NCBI RefSeq assembly: GCF_009914755.1
Contig: NC_060947.1
Source of the DNA: the human T2T-CHM13v2.0 reference genome, Homo sapiens
DNA: 64,000 bases
Reading direction: 5' to 3' (one strand)
Below the pieces are notes generated by a model. It did no database searches. It was not told the origin of the DNA and saw nothing but the letters and a program-made list of their open reading frames with translations. Below are positions 26,394 through 37,740 of this stretch, piece by piece (position 1 is the first letter of the stretch; every line of letters starts with the position of its first letter). A program made the position numbers and the translations under genes.

Positions 26394-28364
26394 TTAGAAA
26401 AGAGTTTGCTATATGCTTTGGGGTCCAAATTTCTTCCCCAGGATACACGTTTGCTCCTCTCTCTCACAGAGGGTATCAGGAATTCCTCAGATAGGCAAAT
26501 ATCAAATGCCTCCCAGCTGCACAGGCTCTTTCTGTCTGTGAAATATCTTCTGTTGGAAGACACACACAAGTGAAGAGGGAAGAAATGAAGCAGCCCCATA
26601 TCATCTGTAGTCACAGGCTTGGGGAATTTAGGCATCCCATTGATGAGGTTTTGAGGCTTTCCAAAGACATGAGGGGTCAGCTTTCCAGGTCTCCACTGTG
26701 AACTTGTGTCTGATCCTTTCATTCTTTCTTGTAGGTCCTCTTCCAGCTGCCAGTCTCTCTTTTATATCCCCCTGTCCCAAGACTTGCCAGAACAAACACT
26801 GCTCTAGCCAAACTCTTCTCACTGCCTCCCACATGTGCCACCAGACTTCTCCCCCTCTAACTTCATTTCCCCTTCTCTGATGGCTGGGCCCTATTCTTTC
26901 CATCTACCCAAATCCTATCAATCCTTCAAGGGATAGTTCAAGTCCTTTCTCTTCTATGAAGCATTCCCTGATCTTTGGCTTTCATTGATTTTTTTTCCCT
27001 TCCTAAGATGTTTCTGCCTGTATTGTTCATTAAATGCCAAATCTATCCTGTACTACTAGGTCTTTGTTAGAGATGTGTTTTATACTTCCTTAATCGTATG
27101 GGGTGGTTCATAGGGATCTGTGTCTTCTACAGTAGCCAGGCCCACTCTGCATTCAGTAAGAGTACAATAACTACACCTTGGTTGATGTTTGAGCAGTGAC
27201 AAAAGGATAAAGTCCAGCAGCTAGAAGTAAAAGTCATCTTGAAGTTCACACCCTTGTTTGACACAGAGACCAAAAGAGGTGATGGGATTTAACTTTGTCA
27301 CAACAAATTCAGAATGGACTCAGATTAGAAAGAACCCTTTCATCCTCATTCCAAGTCTTAATTCCTTCAGGGGAACTGGAAACTTTTCTTCAGAAGCCAT
27401 CAAACACAGAGTCTGATTCCATTTCCCTTTTCTGGACAGTGGGAGCTACTGATGCCAAAACTACCCTTCTGAAGGAAAATACCCTGAGTGACTCCAGGGT
27501 AATCCCCTTCTAATGGGGTCACCCCAGTAATTCCAAAGGCTCCTTTACCATTCTGGAGGCCCAGCTTCATTGATTGCAAGGAGATTGGCCCCTTTCTCAC
27601 AAGAGAAGACTTACTTAATATCATTCCTTGTAAAGCATCCTTCTAGAAATGCTTTACAAGAAAGTCCCTCTGCTGGAACCAGTTTACATAAGCTGCCAGT
27701 TCATAACTTCTGTATAGTTTGATTTTTCTGAAACACATGCTGCCCCTCTCTGGAAGGAAACTCAACTCATGTCTCTCCACGGCAGTGGAACTACCACAGC
27801 TGCCAGCAGCCTCTGGGAATGATGAGAGGACAGGTGCTGTTGAAGTGAGGTTTCCCAGCAAGGCTCTTTCAAGCGGATCAGGAGAGGAGAAGGGCAGCAA
27901 AGAACTTTGACCTTGTCTCTCACTTGTTATCTTTTAAAGTGTTAGGCTTTTATGTGACTAATTAAGTATCATTTCTGGCAACTTAATATGCATAGAGGCA
28001 AAAAAGAAAGCACAAGCTTGATCATGAAACATAGAGTATAGCCTGAAAGGGCTCCCTGCTGAGGATTTTTGAACTGTGCCTGTCAATAACATCCTTTGAA
28101 AATAGGCTAAATTTACATTTTTGAGCTTGTAAGTCCTCCTATGTGTGGGGTTTGCGTAAATTCTCTCTTAATTAAAACACATGTTTTTCAGAATAAAAGA
28201 AAAAAAAATTCTCCATTTCTTCTTTTTATCTCCTAGTAATAATAGAACAAGGGATTTTGAAGAAGTTCGTTTCACATATTACACATCATTTCCTGTAGGA
28301 GGTCTTCCTTGGCCACTGAATCTGAAGAAATAACCAATACTACCCCATAATCCAATTTCTTTTT

Positions 28365-28830
28365 TTCAGGTCTACTGAGGCGTAGTTTATATACAATAAA
28401 TTTTTTACATTTGTATGAATTTTGACAAACATACAGTCACATCACTACCACCACCAGCACAGTCAAGATAGAGGACATTTTCGTCATCCCCCAATTCTAT
28501 CATGCCCCTTTGTAATCTATCTCCTTCCTCCACCTACAGATCCTGGCAACCACTGATCATTTCCAGAATGTCATGTGAATGATATCACATAGTATGTAGC
28601 TATTTTAGGTCTGGCTTCTTTTAACTCACTTTTTGCACGTATCAGTAATCCATTTCTTTTTATTGCTGAGAAGGATTCCATTGTATGGATATTCCACATT
28701 TTGTTTATCCATTCTCCGGTTAATGAGCATTAGGGTTGTTTTTGGTTTGGGTGATTATGAATAAATCTGCCATAAACATTCTTGTACAGTTTTTGTATGG
28801 ATATATGTCTTCATTTCTTTTGGGTAAATA
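28365..28830 (-). mobile_element. L1MB-like 3' fragment
   Basis: CCTGGCAACCACTGATC...TTTTATTGCTGAG...TTCCATTGTATGGAT...GGGTAAATA. Confidence 0.82.
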
Positions 28831-28849
28831 TCATCCAGTATTATTTTCT

Positions 28850-29030
28850 TGAGAATTATTTTGTTCATTTGTTTGTTTACTGTCTGTCTGCCACCACTAG
28901 AATATAAGCTCCAAAAAAGTGGGAGGCCATCTCATTCTTTGGTGTATTCTCTGACACTGGAACAGTCCCTAACCTGTAGTAGGTGCTTGATAAACATTTG
29001 TTGAATTGATGAATGGATGGATGCATGAAG
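28850..29030. mobile_element. L2 3' end
   Basis: CACTAGAATATAAGCTCC...TAGTAGGTGCTTGATAAACATTTGTTGAATTGATGAATG. Confidence 0.82.
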
Positions 29031-29179
29031 AGAGGAATAAAGGAATTAATGAATTCTAGTAGGTCCTACTGGGTAAACCCAGAATACTGGATTATGGTCT
29101 GTAAATCATGTTGCTCATTACTTTTCATGATTAACAGAGTGATTGCAGGAGAACAATGGTTCCAACCCTAGATGACAAG

Positions 29180-29870
29180 AGTTTATCCAGATTTTATGGG
29201 GACTCTTGGAGTGGGGGCATTTTTAAAGAAAAACCAAATAAAATTATGACTACAAAATTAGGGAGAGAAGTGGATATTTTAAAACCTTTAGAAATCACAC
29301 ATTAGATTTAGAAATCATAATAAATCTCTCATTTAAATAAGCTGCTAAATTTCACCAACATCATAAAATCCAGAAAAAGAATATAATATCTATTAAATAA
29401 CTGTCTGACACACCTCTGTCATACTTGTTTTCTTAAATATTTTGGCTTCATCCTCATTTGTCTCCCTTTAAAATGACATTATTTGGTAAAATCCATTTCT
29501 ATAGAGAAAATAGAAGGAGGAGGTCAGTCTTCTAGCATGGTTGATTAAAATTGTCTTTTTATTAATGAGAGATTAGAAAAACTTTCTTTCAACTTCATAT
29601 CTCATTATTGGTAGTGTCATATATATGTTTAGGATTAACATCAAACTTGGAAAAGCCATTATCAAATTTCTTTCTTATCTGGACTGTAAAAACCCAAAGC
29701 ATTTCAAGTTTTCTTCTGCGTTGAGTAATCTTAAATACTTATTCAATTGATGACTCCTAGTAACCTATTTTTCATGGATATCTTCACATTATGAGTTTTG
29801 TGCTATCTCCATCAATGTCAGTATTTTGTGAGTTTGCACAACATCTGTGACTTTACACAAATATATTCGC
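29180..29870. mobile_element. Zaphod/MER115-like hAT-Tip100 fragment
   Basis: ATCCAGATTTTATGGGG...AAAATTATGACTACAAAATTAGG...AAAATCCAGAAAAA...CTGACACACCTCT...TTCTATAGAGAAAATAGAA resemble the recalled Zaphod consensus. Confidence 0.65.
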
Positions 29871-29929
29871 TATTTGTAATTTGGCTACATGTTTCTGCCC
29901 TATAAACACAGACACTCATAAATTCAATT

Positions 29930-31800
29930 CTACTCATATATTTGGATTTAAATCTACCATCTTATTGTTTGATTTCCATTGATCTCACCTGTTTCATAAT
30001 ATTTTTTCCTTCCCTTCTTGCTTTCTTTTAAATTAGATATTTTAATTATTCTATTTCCCCTGTCTCTGAGTTTGTTAATTATACAAACTCTTCTTAATTT
30101 CTTTTAGGGGCTTCCCTAGAGTTTACAACAGCGTGTATCCCTGATAGAATCTACTACAAATTGGAACTTTCCTACTTCCTGGACAATGTAAAAATAATAG
30201 GACACTTTTAACTTCATTTAAAATTCCCTCTTGCCTTTTTGTTGGTTATTGTGATTCTATAGTTTAATTCTCTCTAGATTTAAAAACCTACATTATTTTT
30301 ACTGTTTGTACATACTTTACATATACTCACATATTTACCTTTAGATTTAGATTTAGATTCCGTTTATTTACCTTTCCTGTTGTTCTCCATTCTTTCCTGT
30401 ATCTCTGTGGCTTCATCTGAGATCACTTTACTTCTCCCCAAAGATCTTCCTTCAGTATTTCATTTAGTGTACCTATTTTCTCAGTCTTTGTTTGTCTGAA
30501 AGTGTCTTTGTTTCATGTACTTTTGGAGGATATTTTCAGTGGGCATAGAATTCTAGGTTGGCAGTTCTTATCTTTCAGCACATTGAAGTTGCCATTCATT
30601 GTCCTCTTACTGTATCTGACAGTCATATGTCAGTTTTATTGTTGCTCCTTTAATAGTATTGATTTTTTCTCTTGGACTGATTTTAAGATTTTTCTCTTTC
30701 TTTCTGATTTTCAGCAGTATTACTATGATGCACTTAGGCATGATTTCCTTTGTATTTCTGCTGCTTGGAGTTCATAGCATTTCTTAAATCTGTGGCCTGA
30801 AGATTTTAATTAGTTTTGGAAAATTCTCAACCATTACAACTTCAACTATTGCTTCTATCTCATTATCTCTTTCCTCTCCTTCTTTGTCTTGGCTACAGAT
30901 AAATAGAATAACTACAGGTTAACTTTAAGCTTTTAAAGTGTTTTCCCCTTTGGTTATCTTTGCTTTTACTAAGGCAGGCAATTTCATACTAGAGTCAGAC
31001 CTCTGTTACTGAGAAGTATTTTAAGCACAATTTCATTTCACCATTTTGCCATGTCCCATAAATTTCCTACTCTCTTTTCTGTATTTGCCATCTTTTTTTC
31101 CTCACTGTACTTCAGTCTGGCCATTTTCAGTTCTCTAATCCTTTCTTCAGTTGTGTCTAGGCTGCTTCTGAAGCTTCCATTTAATTCTTCATTTCAGTTA
31201 TTATATATTGCAATTCTAGAATTTTCATTTTGTTCCATCTTGTAGTTTAATTTCTCAAATTAGTCCGAATATATTTTAAAATACCTTTCTGGTAAGCCTA
31301 ATATGTAGAACCTCTATAAATCTGTTTCTATTTATGTATCAAGAATTATAGATAATTTGAGGCTCTAGATGGTATTATCTTCCAGAAGAGATTAGCTTTT
31401 GCTTCTTGAAGGTAATTAGGAAGTGGCATTACATCTGATGCAGTCAGGGATTGAACAGATTGAAGGATGGACTTTGGTTTTTGTGAGAGTTGGTCTATTT
31501 AATCTAGTTTTCCCCTGTCACTGAGGCTTACCCTTTCAGGCATCTCAACTAAAAGCCTGAGGTGTTAACCTGGGCTTCTCTCCTTGGTGGGCCCTGGACT
31601 CTACTTATTGTTCTCCTTCATCCTAAAACTCCTGGAAGCTCGGATCAGCTCTCACTTTCTCTGCTGCTGCTTGACATTTGGTTAATGCCTTAAGGGGGAA
31701 ATGATGCTGAATAACAACTTCACGTTTTTGCACATCATTTCTCTCCAGGACTTTGGACTCTCAAATCCCTATTACCTTGGTATTTCTCTGATGTTTTCAA
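29930..31800 (-). mobile_element. Old L1ME-like fragments
   Basis: GGATATTTTCAGTGGGCATAGAATTCTAGGTTGGCAG...TTTTGGAAAATTCTCAACCATTA; interrupted at ~30890-31030. Confidence 0.75.
30893..31031 (+). repeat. Diverged ~140-bp direct copy of 32475-32618, inside the L1
   Basis: Shared ATAAATAGAATAACTACAG..AACTTTAAGCTTTT..CAGGC..TTTCATA..CCTCTGTTA..GAGAA..ACAAT. Confidence 0.88.
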
Positions 31801-33587
31801 ATAGATTTTTAAAACTTTTCCTTCCAGGAGAGTTTGCCATCAAAAAGAGTACATCCTATACTACTACCTCCCTTAAAGACCTGATCTGCTGCCCTCAAAA
31901 CTACACACATCCCAGTTTCTTTAAAGAGGCATTCAGAGCTACCTATTCAGGCCTATGGGATCAACATTCACAGCCTCAAATTATCTCAGCAATTTTGAGT
32001 GAGAGAAGTGAGTTCTGGCTAACCTCAAAGTGAATAAGTCAGGAATCTCAACTGATGCCTGCCGCAGGGGACACTGCCAAGCATGTAGGTACATCAAAGC
32101 CTCTGGGATCTTTAAACTAAGCCAGGACTTTTAGCCCCAATAAGCAGGAGCTACAAATGACATTTTGCTATTCAGTGATTGATAACAGCTAAAATTTCAT
32201 GGGAAGGAAAGAGCCAGAATGTTCCTAAGGTACATTTCTTTAAACTTCACATCTTTATTACTTTTTCTGTCTTTCTTTGTCTTCTTTCTCTTTTTTAATA
32301 TTGTTTTTGTATTGTACTCAGGCTAGCTGGCCAGTGGTGATAGCTAAAGATTACATGGGAAAGAAGTAGGGGAAAAATGCAAAATTTGTCACATAAAGAA
32401 TTTATTTTCCAATGTAAGGAGAATTTACTGTGACAATATTGTGTGTATGTGACTCACTTCTTTCTTCATGCTGTCTACATATAAATAGAATAACTACAGA
32501 TCAACTTTAAGCTTTTCAAGGTTTCTTTTTTCCGTTTGGTGGTGGTGATTTTTTAATTGAGTCAGGCTGTTTCATATTAGCCACAGGCCTCTGTTATGAG
32601 AAATACTTTAAATACAATCTTAAAACAATAGAAAATTATGTACAAAACAAAATCACAGTAGTTACCCCATGAGTACATATGGGAAATGCTTATTTCTTTT
32701 TAAATGAATGGTGATCAGAACAGATTTCTAAGAATTTCATTATTATCTTTTCTTCTCCCTTTACACTTTAAATGTTTGGAAACATCATAGAAAAACAGAA
32801 AAATCAGAATTTGGCATCGTTTCTTTCCTAGATTGTGAACAGAAGTGAAATTGAAGGTTAAAATGATGATTTAAGGAATACATGTACTGCGGGATGAAGA
32901 CAAGTACAGTCAATATTTAGTTTTAAGTATTCTTTACTTGTGCTTTAAAAAGACCCGAGCATCTAAAGTGCTATAGGTAAACATAAAAATCTCTGCTGAC
33001 TTGGGGATCAAGAGACCCAGGTCTAGTCTTGGTTCTCAGCTAACTGGCTGTGGGACTTCTCTGGGCCTCAGTCTCTGGTCTCAGTCTCCTCTTCTATGAC
33101 CTCTAAGTTTTATATTCCATAGTTACATATGAAACAGATTTGTGATTAGACGTTGACTCATTTGTCTGTACCAGGATAGCAGCACTTTATATGCTGACCT
33201 AGCAGCATCTATTCTAAGAGCTCTTCATAAAGGCATATGTCAGTATTCTTATATGGCTCATTAAGGGCTTTTCCTAGATGTATCTTGCTTCCCCAATTAG
33301 ATTTTAAACCCTCAATGGCCGGGAACTATTATATCCATGGTGCCAAGCAGAGCCTGAGATGCCAAATTAGTACTTAAATATGCTGTTAGACTAAGCATCC
33401 TGAGCGATGAGTGCTTAGTACTGGAAGACCAACGACAGGGGTCAGTGGCCTATTGTCTTCATTATCACAAATTAATAAGTCTAACAGACGGTGCTGTGTG
33501 AGATGGAAAATGAGCTTACCTCTGTTTAAAGAAGGAACCAACAGCTTTGGTGTGGACAGGCAGAGAACAACAGAAACGGTAAAACTT

Positions 33588-33892
33588 TTGGCAAACATTT
33601 TCTGCAGCATATTAGGCTTTGTGGACCATACAGTCTCTATTGCAACTGCTCAATTCTACCCTTGTAGGGTGGAATCTGCCACAATGTGTAAACAAATATA
33701 CACGGTGATAATACAATAAAGCATTATTTATGTACCTTGAAATTTGAATTTTATGAAATTTTTACATCTCAAAATGTTCTTTTGATTTTTTTCTCAACCA
33801 TTTAAAATGTAAAAACCATTCTTAGCTCACGGGCCATATAAAAACAGGCAGTGGACCAGACTTGGTTGGTGGGTCTTAGTTTACTGTCCCTG
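33588..33892 (+). mobile_element. MER58B-like hAT-Charlie element
   Basis: GGCAAACATTTTCTG...GGCTTTGTGGACCATACAGTCTCT...AAAACCATTCTTAGCTCACGGGCCATATAAAAACAGGC. Confidence 0.85.
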
Positions 33893-36256
33893 ATATAGAG
33901 TGTGCATGCTTTCTGGGGTGGTTATTTAGCAGTGAGAATTTCCTATTTGAATGGAGTGGGACCTAGGGGAATCCACGACCCCTTTCCAGTTAGCCAGGAC
34001 AGACTTCCTAAGGAATATTATAAAGAAAAGGCATACATCTGTGTGATGCTTCAGGGTTTTGAGGCACTGTCATATCATGAACATTAACTTTTTAGATCAT
34101 TTGGAATCCTTATCATTATCCCTGTTTTTAGATGGTGAAATGAGGGTTCTACATCACACGATTAGCAAACAGTGAAATTGAGAATCAAGCTGAAGTCTTT
34201 AAGCCAAGTGTCCTTTCCAGCATGACCTGGGTCCCGTGTGATGCTAACTGTTGTTTAAATGAAACAAGTAAGAGGGTTTTAAATGGAGGTTTAGCTGGAT
34301 TCCAATTTCCATGGGTGGCAGACATGAGGGCAGGGCCTGGTAAATTGTTTACTAGGGAAGTAAAGGTGTAAACAGATGCTTCTCACCACCTCCTTTTAAT
34401 GTTTCTCCATCATGCAAAGTGCTGCTTTCTCTAAGGTCTTTTCATTATAGGCTCATGTGAGCAAGTTGCCTTAAAATTGTCAAAAAGAGGAACTGAGTTT
34501 GGGAGAATCACTTCTTTGGTTACCCCCAGTGATTTTTCTAGTCTTGAAATGATTAGAGAAATAGGAAGTGTTTTGGCTCTAGGAGATCTCTTGGGAAAAG
34601 GCTAATAAGCTGGTATCCAGAGTGATTTTGGGTAAAAGGGCTTGAGAGTAGTGTGTGTGACTGGGAGCATGGCAGGGGAGGAATGGGTTGTCTTGAGCAT
34701 CTTGAACCCATTTCCTTATCTGAAAGGAAGACATCACAGGCCAGACAAATTGGATGAATAGTTCTAGACTTTTAGTTTTAGTCATTTATTTATTTCATAA
34801 ATAAAGTAGGCAGAAAATGAACAAGACCTAGACTCTACCCTTAAGAAACTGATACTCCTGTTACTCAGGGTACATCAACCTTCTTAATTTCCAAAATGGA
34901 ATGAACATAAATGTCACTGAGTGTCCAGAGCTTATGCTTTGTTTAAACTCTTGTGTACCTAGCATAGGACCATGCAAAAGTAGCTGCTTAAGGTATGCTT
35001 TGGATTTGGATTTGTATATGCTAGAGGTATTACTTTTTGGGAAGTAGGGGGTGCTTTGTGTCATTTTAGCATGATGTGTTGCACTGAAGCTAATTGTAGG
35101 AAGAACCTGTGAAAGCAGGGACATTGCCCTCTAGCGAGCACCAAGGTTCTTTGAAAAGTCATGGTGCCCAGAAGCATGAGCAGAGCACTGCCTGTTTGCT
35201 AGAAGGGTCTTGGACATCTGTGTGAAACTGGGAGATGTTTATGCTATAGATCATTAAGAAAAGATACAGAATTGTATGCTCTCAATTCTGTACAAAAGAC
35301 AAAAGGAAAAATTGGAAGGAAATATATCAAAACATGACATGCAAAACTTACAGATGATTTTTGTTTGTTTTTAGAATTCTCTACTAAGATTTTACAATAA
35401 GCTCTTTGTAGTTTGATAATAACTTTTTTGAATGAAAAACGTCCTTCAAAATAGCTAAATGCCTCCTAACCACCTTCCTTGTTGATGCTTTTGCTGACTC
35501 AAAGCGACTATTTCAGTTAGTTCTTACGATAACCCTGAAGTTGCATGATAACAAGCTTGAAAACTATTTCATCTTTCTTCCCTTTCTTCTTTTCTTGCTG
35601 TTTTGTTTTTTTTCTTTTTAAAATTGTACTGGGGTAAAATATACACAACAAAATTTGCCCTTTTAACCATCTTTAAGTGTATAGTTCAGTGGCAGTAAGG
35701 ACATTCACAGTGCTGTGCAACTATCACTGTCATTCTTCTCCAGAACTTTCTTCATCTTCCCAAACTGAAGCTGTATGCCCATTAAGCAACAAGTCCCCTT
35801 ATTTTTGTCATTTTCTTTTGTTTGCTTTCTTTTGTTTTATTTATGAATTTTGGGGGATCACATTTAGTACATCACTATTATTCATAGTGGGGATAAATTC
35901 AAAAGCATTAAATTTGAAGAAATGTCTGAGATTGAGCCCTGGTTCTTCCAGTTGTCAGCTATGTGACTTTGGGCAAACCACTTTGTAAGCTTCAGTTTCC
36001 TGATCTTTAAAATGGGGAGAGGATCATCTACTTTTCATATATCATAGGACTGTTGTAATTTTTGTAATGATGTAATTAAATAATATATGTTGACTTCTTT
36101 ATGACATGTTACGATTCCTAGTCAAAAGAGTGAGTGCACCGTTAGCATGACTGCTATTTAGGTTCATAGGGGAGCCAAGAGGTTGTCGTAGAAGTTGACT
36201 TTCTAGTGGACTCGCTTTCCTTTTCAGGAAATACAATAATAACCTTTTATTTAAAT

Positions 36257-36474
36257 CCAACTTTTCCAACCCGCAGCCTGCGGACCACCTGCGGCCCGGG
36301 ATGGCTTTGAATACGGCCCAACACAAATCCATAAACTTTCTTAAAACATGAGATTTTTTTGAGATTTTTTTTTTTTTTACTTGTCAGCTATCGTTAGTGT
36401 ATTTTATGTGTAGCCCAAGACAATTCTTCTTCTTCCAGTGTGGCCCAGGGAAGCTAAAAGATTGGGCACCCCTG
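36257..36474 (-). mobile_element. MER30 hAT-Charlie MITE
   Basis: Ends GGCCCAGGGAAGCTAAAAGATTGGGCACCCCTG; perfect 8-bp TSD ATTTAAAT at 36249-36256 and 36475-36482. Confidence 0.92.
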
Positions 36475-36489
36475 ATTTAAATAATGCTG

Positions 36490-36960
36490 TTTTTCAAAGT
36501 GCGTTTGAAAAATTTAGCTCATTTAAATCCTCATCATACTAAGTAAGATTGGTATCTTTAGCTCTGTTTCACAGATGAAGAAAATGGAGGCATCAAAATC
36601 TTGCAGTTTAAAGTATGGACTCAGACGCTAGATGGTCTCTGTTTAAACCCCAGCTCTTCCACTTGCTAGCTGTATGACCGTGAACAAGTTACTTAACCTC
36701 TCAGTGCCTTCGTTTCTTCATGTGTTAAGAAAAAGATGACAATAGTAATACCTATCTTCTAGTATTGTTATGTAGGGGCAGAGGGAAAGCTTCCTCTAAT
36801 TCTTGAAAAGTGTCGAGAACTTTGTGCTAGGCACACAGTGAGTACTATGTAAGTTTTTGTTAAATAACAAAAAATAAAAAGAAACGGAGACAACATGCTT
36901 TCACAAAAACAGTTAATCATAGAAGTGGGACTAGAGTGCAGGGTTCCCAGTCTTCATCCA
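36490..36960. mobile_element. MIR cluster (fragments in both orientations)
   Basis: CAGATGAAGAAAATGGAGGC; CAAGTTACTTAACCTCTCAGTGCCT; GGCACACAGTGAGTACT. Confidence 0.75.
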
Positions 36961-37479
36961 GTCCCTCTCTCCCCGTCTTGGACCTCTGCACCATATGGTG
37001 ATGCCTCACCAGCACTGCCAGGATCAACCTCCTGGGCCAGTGGTCCCAGTAAGCTACAAAGTTGGGTCACCATTTCACCATTTATAAAACCTTTCCCAAA
37101 CATTTATTTAAATCTAGTGCTGTTAAATTTTTATAATTAGACACAGTGACTCATATGCCATGATGGTATTTTTGAGCTGTAATGATTCTTATTTTGGAAA
37201 AAAATGATAATGTATTTTATTATGATAATTTAGAAGTTCCATTTTTATCCTTAATGATTTGAAATATATTTAAAAACTGAAAATTATCTGTGATATTTCA
37301 TTTTCTATATATGTGTTTGATAAACTGACCGGATCAGGAGAAAAAATGTACATAGTGAGGGTGTCCATATCCCCTGGCACAACTCAGAGGTCACTTAGAG
37401 GGCTGGGCTTCCTGTGTTTCTCTGACCAAGGGTGATCTCTGGCCAAGGAAAGGTTTGGGGTAGGCTGAAGTGCCCCAGA

Positions 37480-37740
37480 ATTACCACCAACAGACAATTG
37501 TCAACCAGAGATGAGAGTTGGTGGGTAAACACCCCACCCACCTCATCCTTTGGTGGCACAGTTCTGGAACGTGTTAACTGTGGTTTCTCAGGGGATTCCC
37601 AGCAAGAATGTGCCCCAGTTGCCCACCGTGGTGCCCTTTACTGGCTTTTTCTACCTCCCTGTGCTTCCTGGCATCTTCTTCCAAATAAATTACTTGCACC
37701 TAAATCCTTGCCTCGGGGTCTGTTTGGAGGTGAACGACAA
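37480..37740 (+). mobile_element. LTR33-like ERVL LTR
   Basis: CCAAATAAATTACTTGCACCTAAATCCTTGCCTCGGGGTCTG. Confidence 0.7.
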
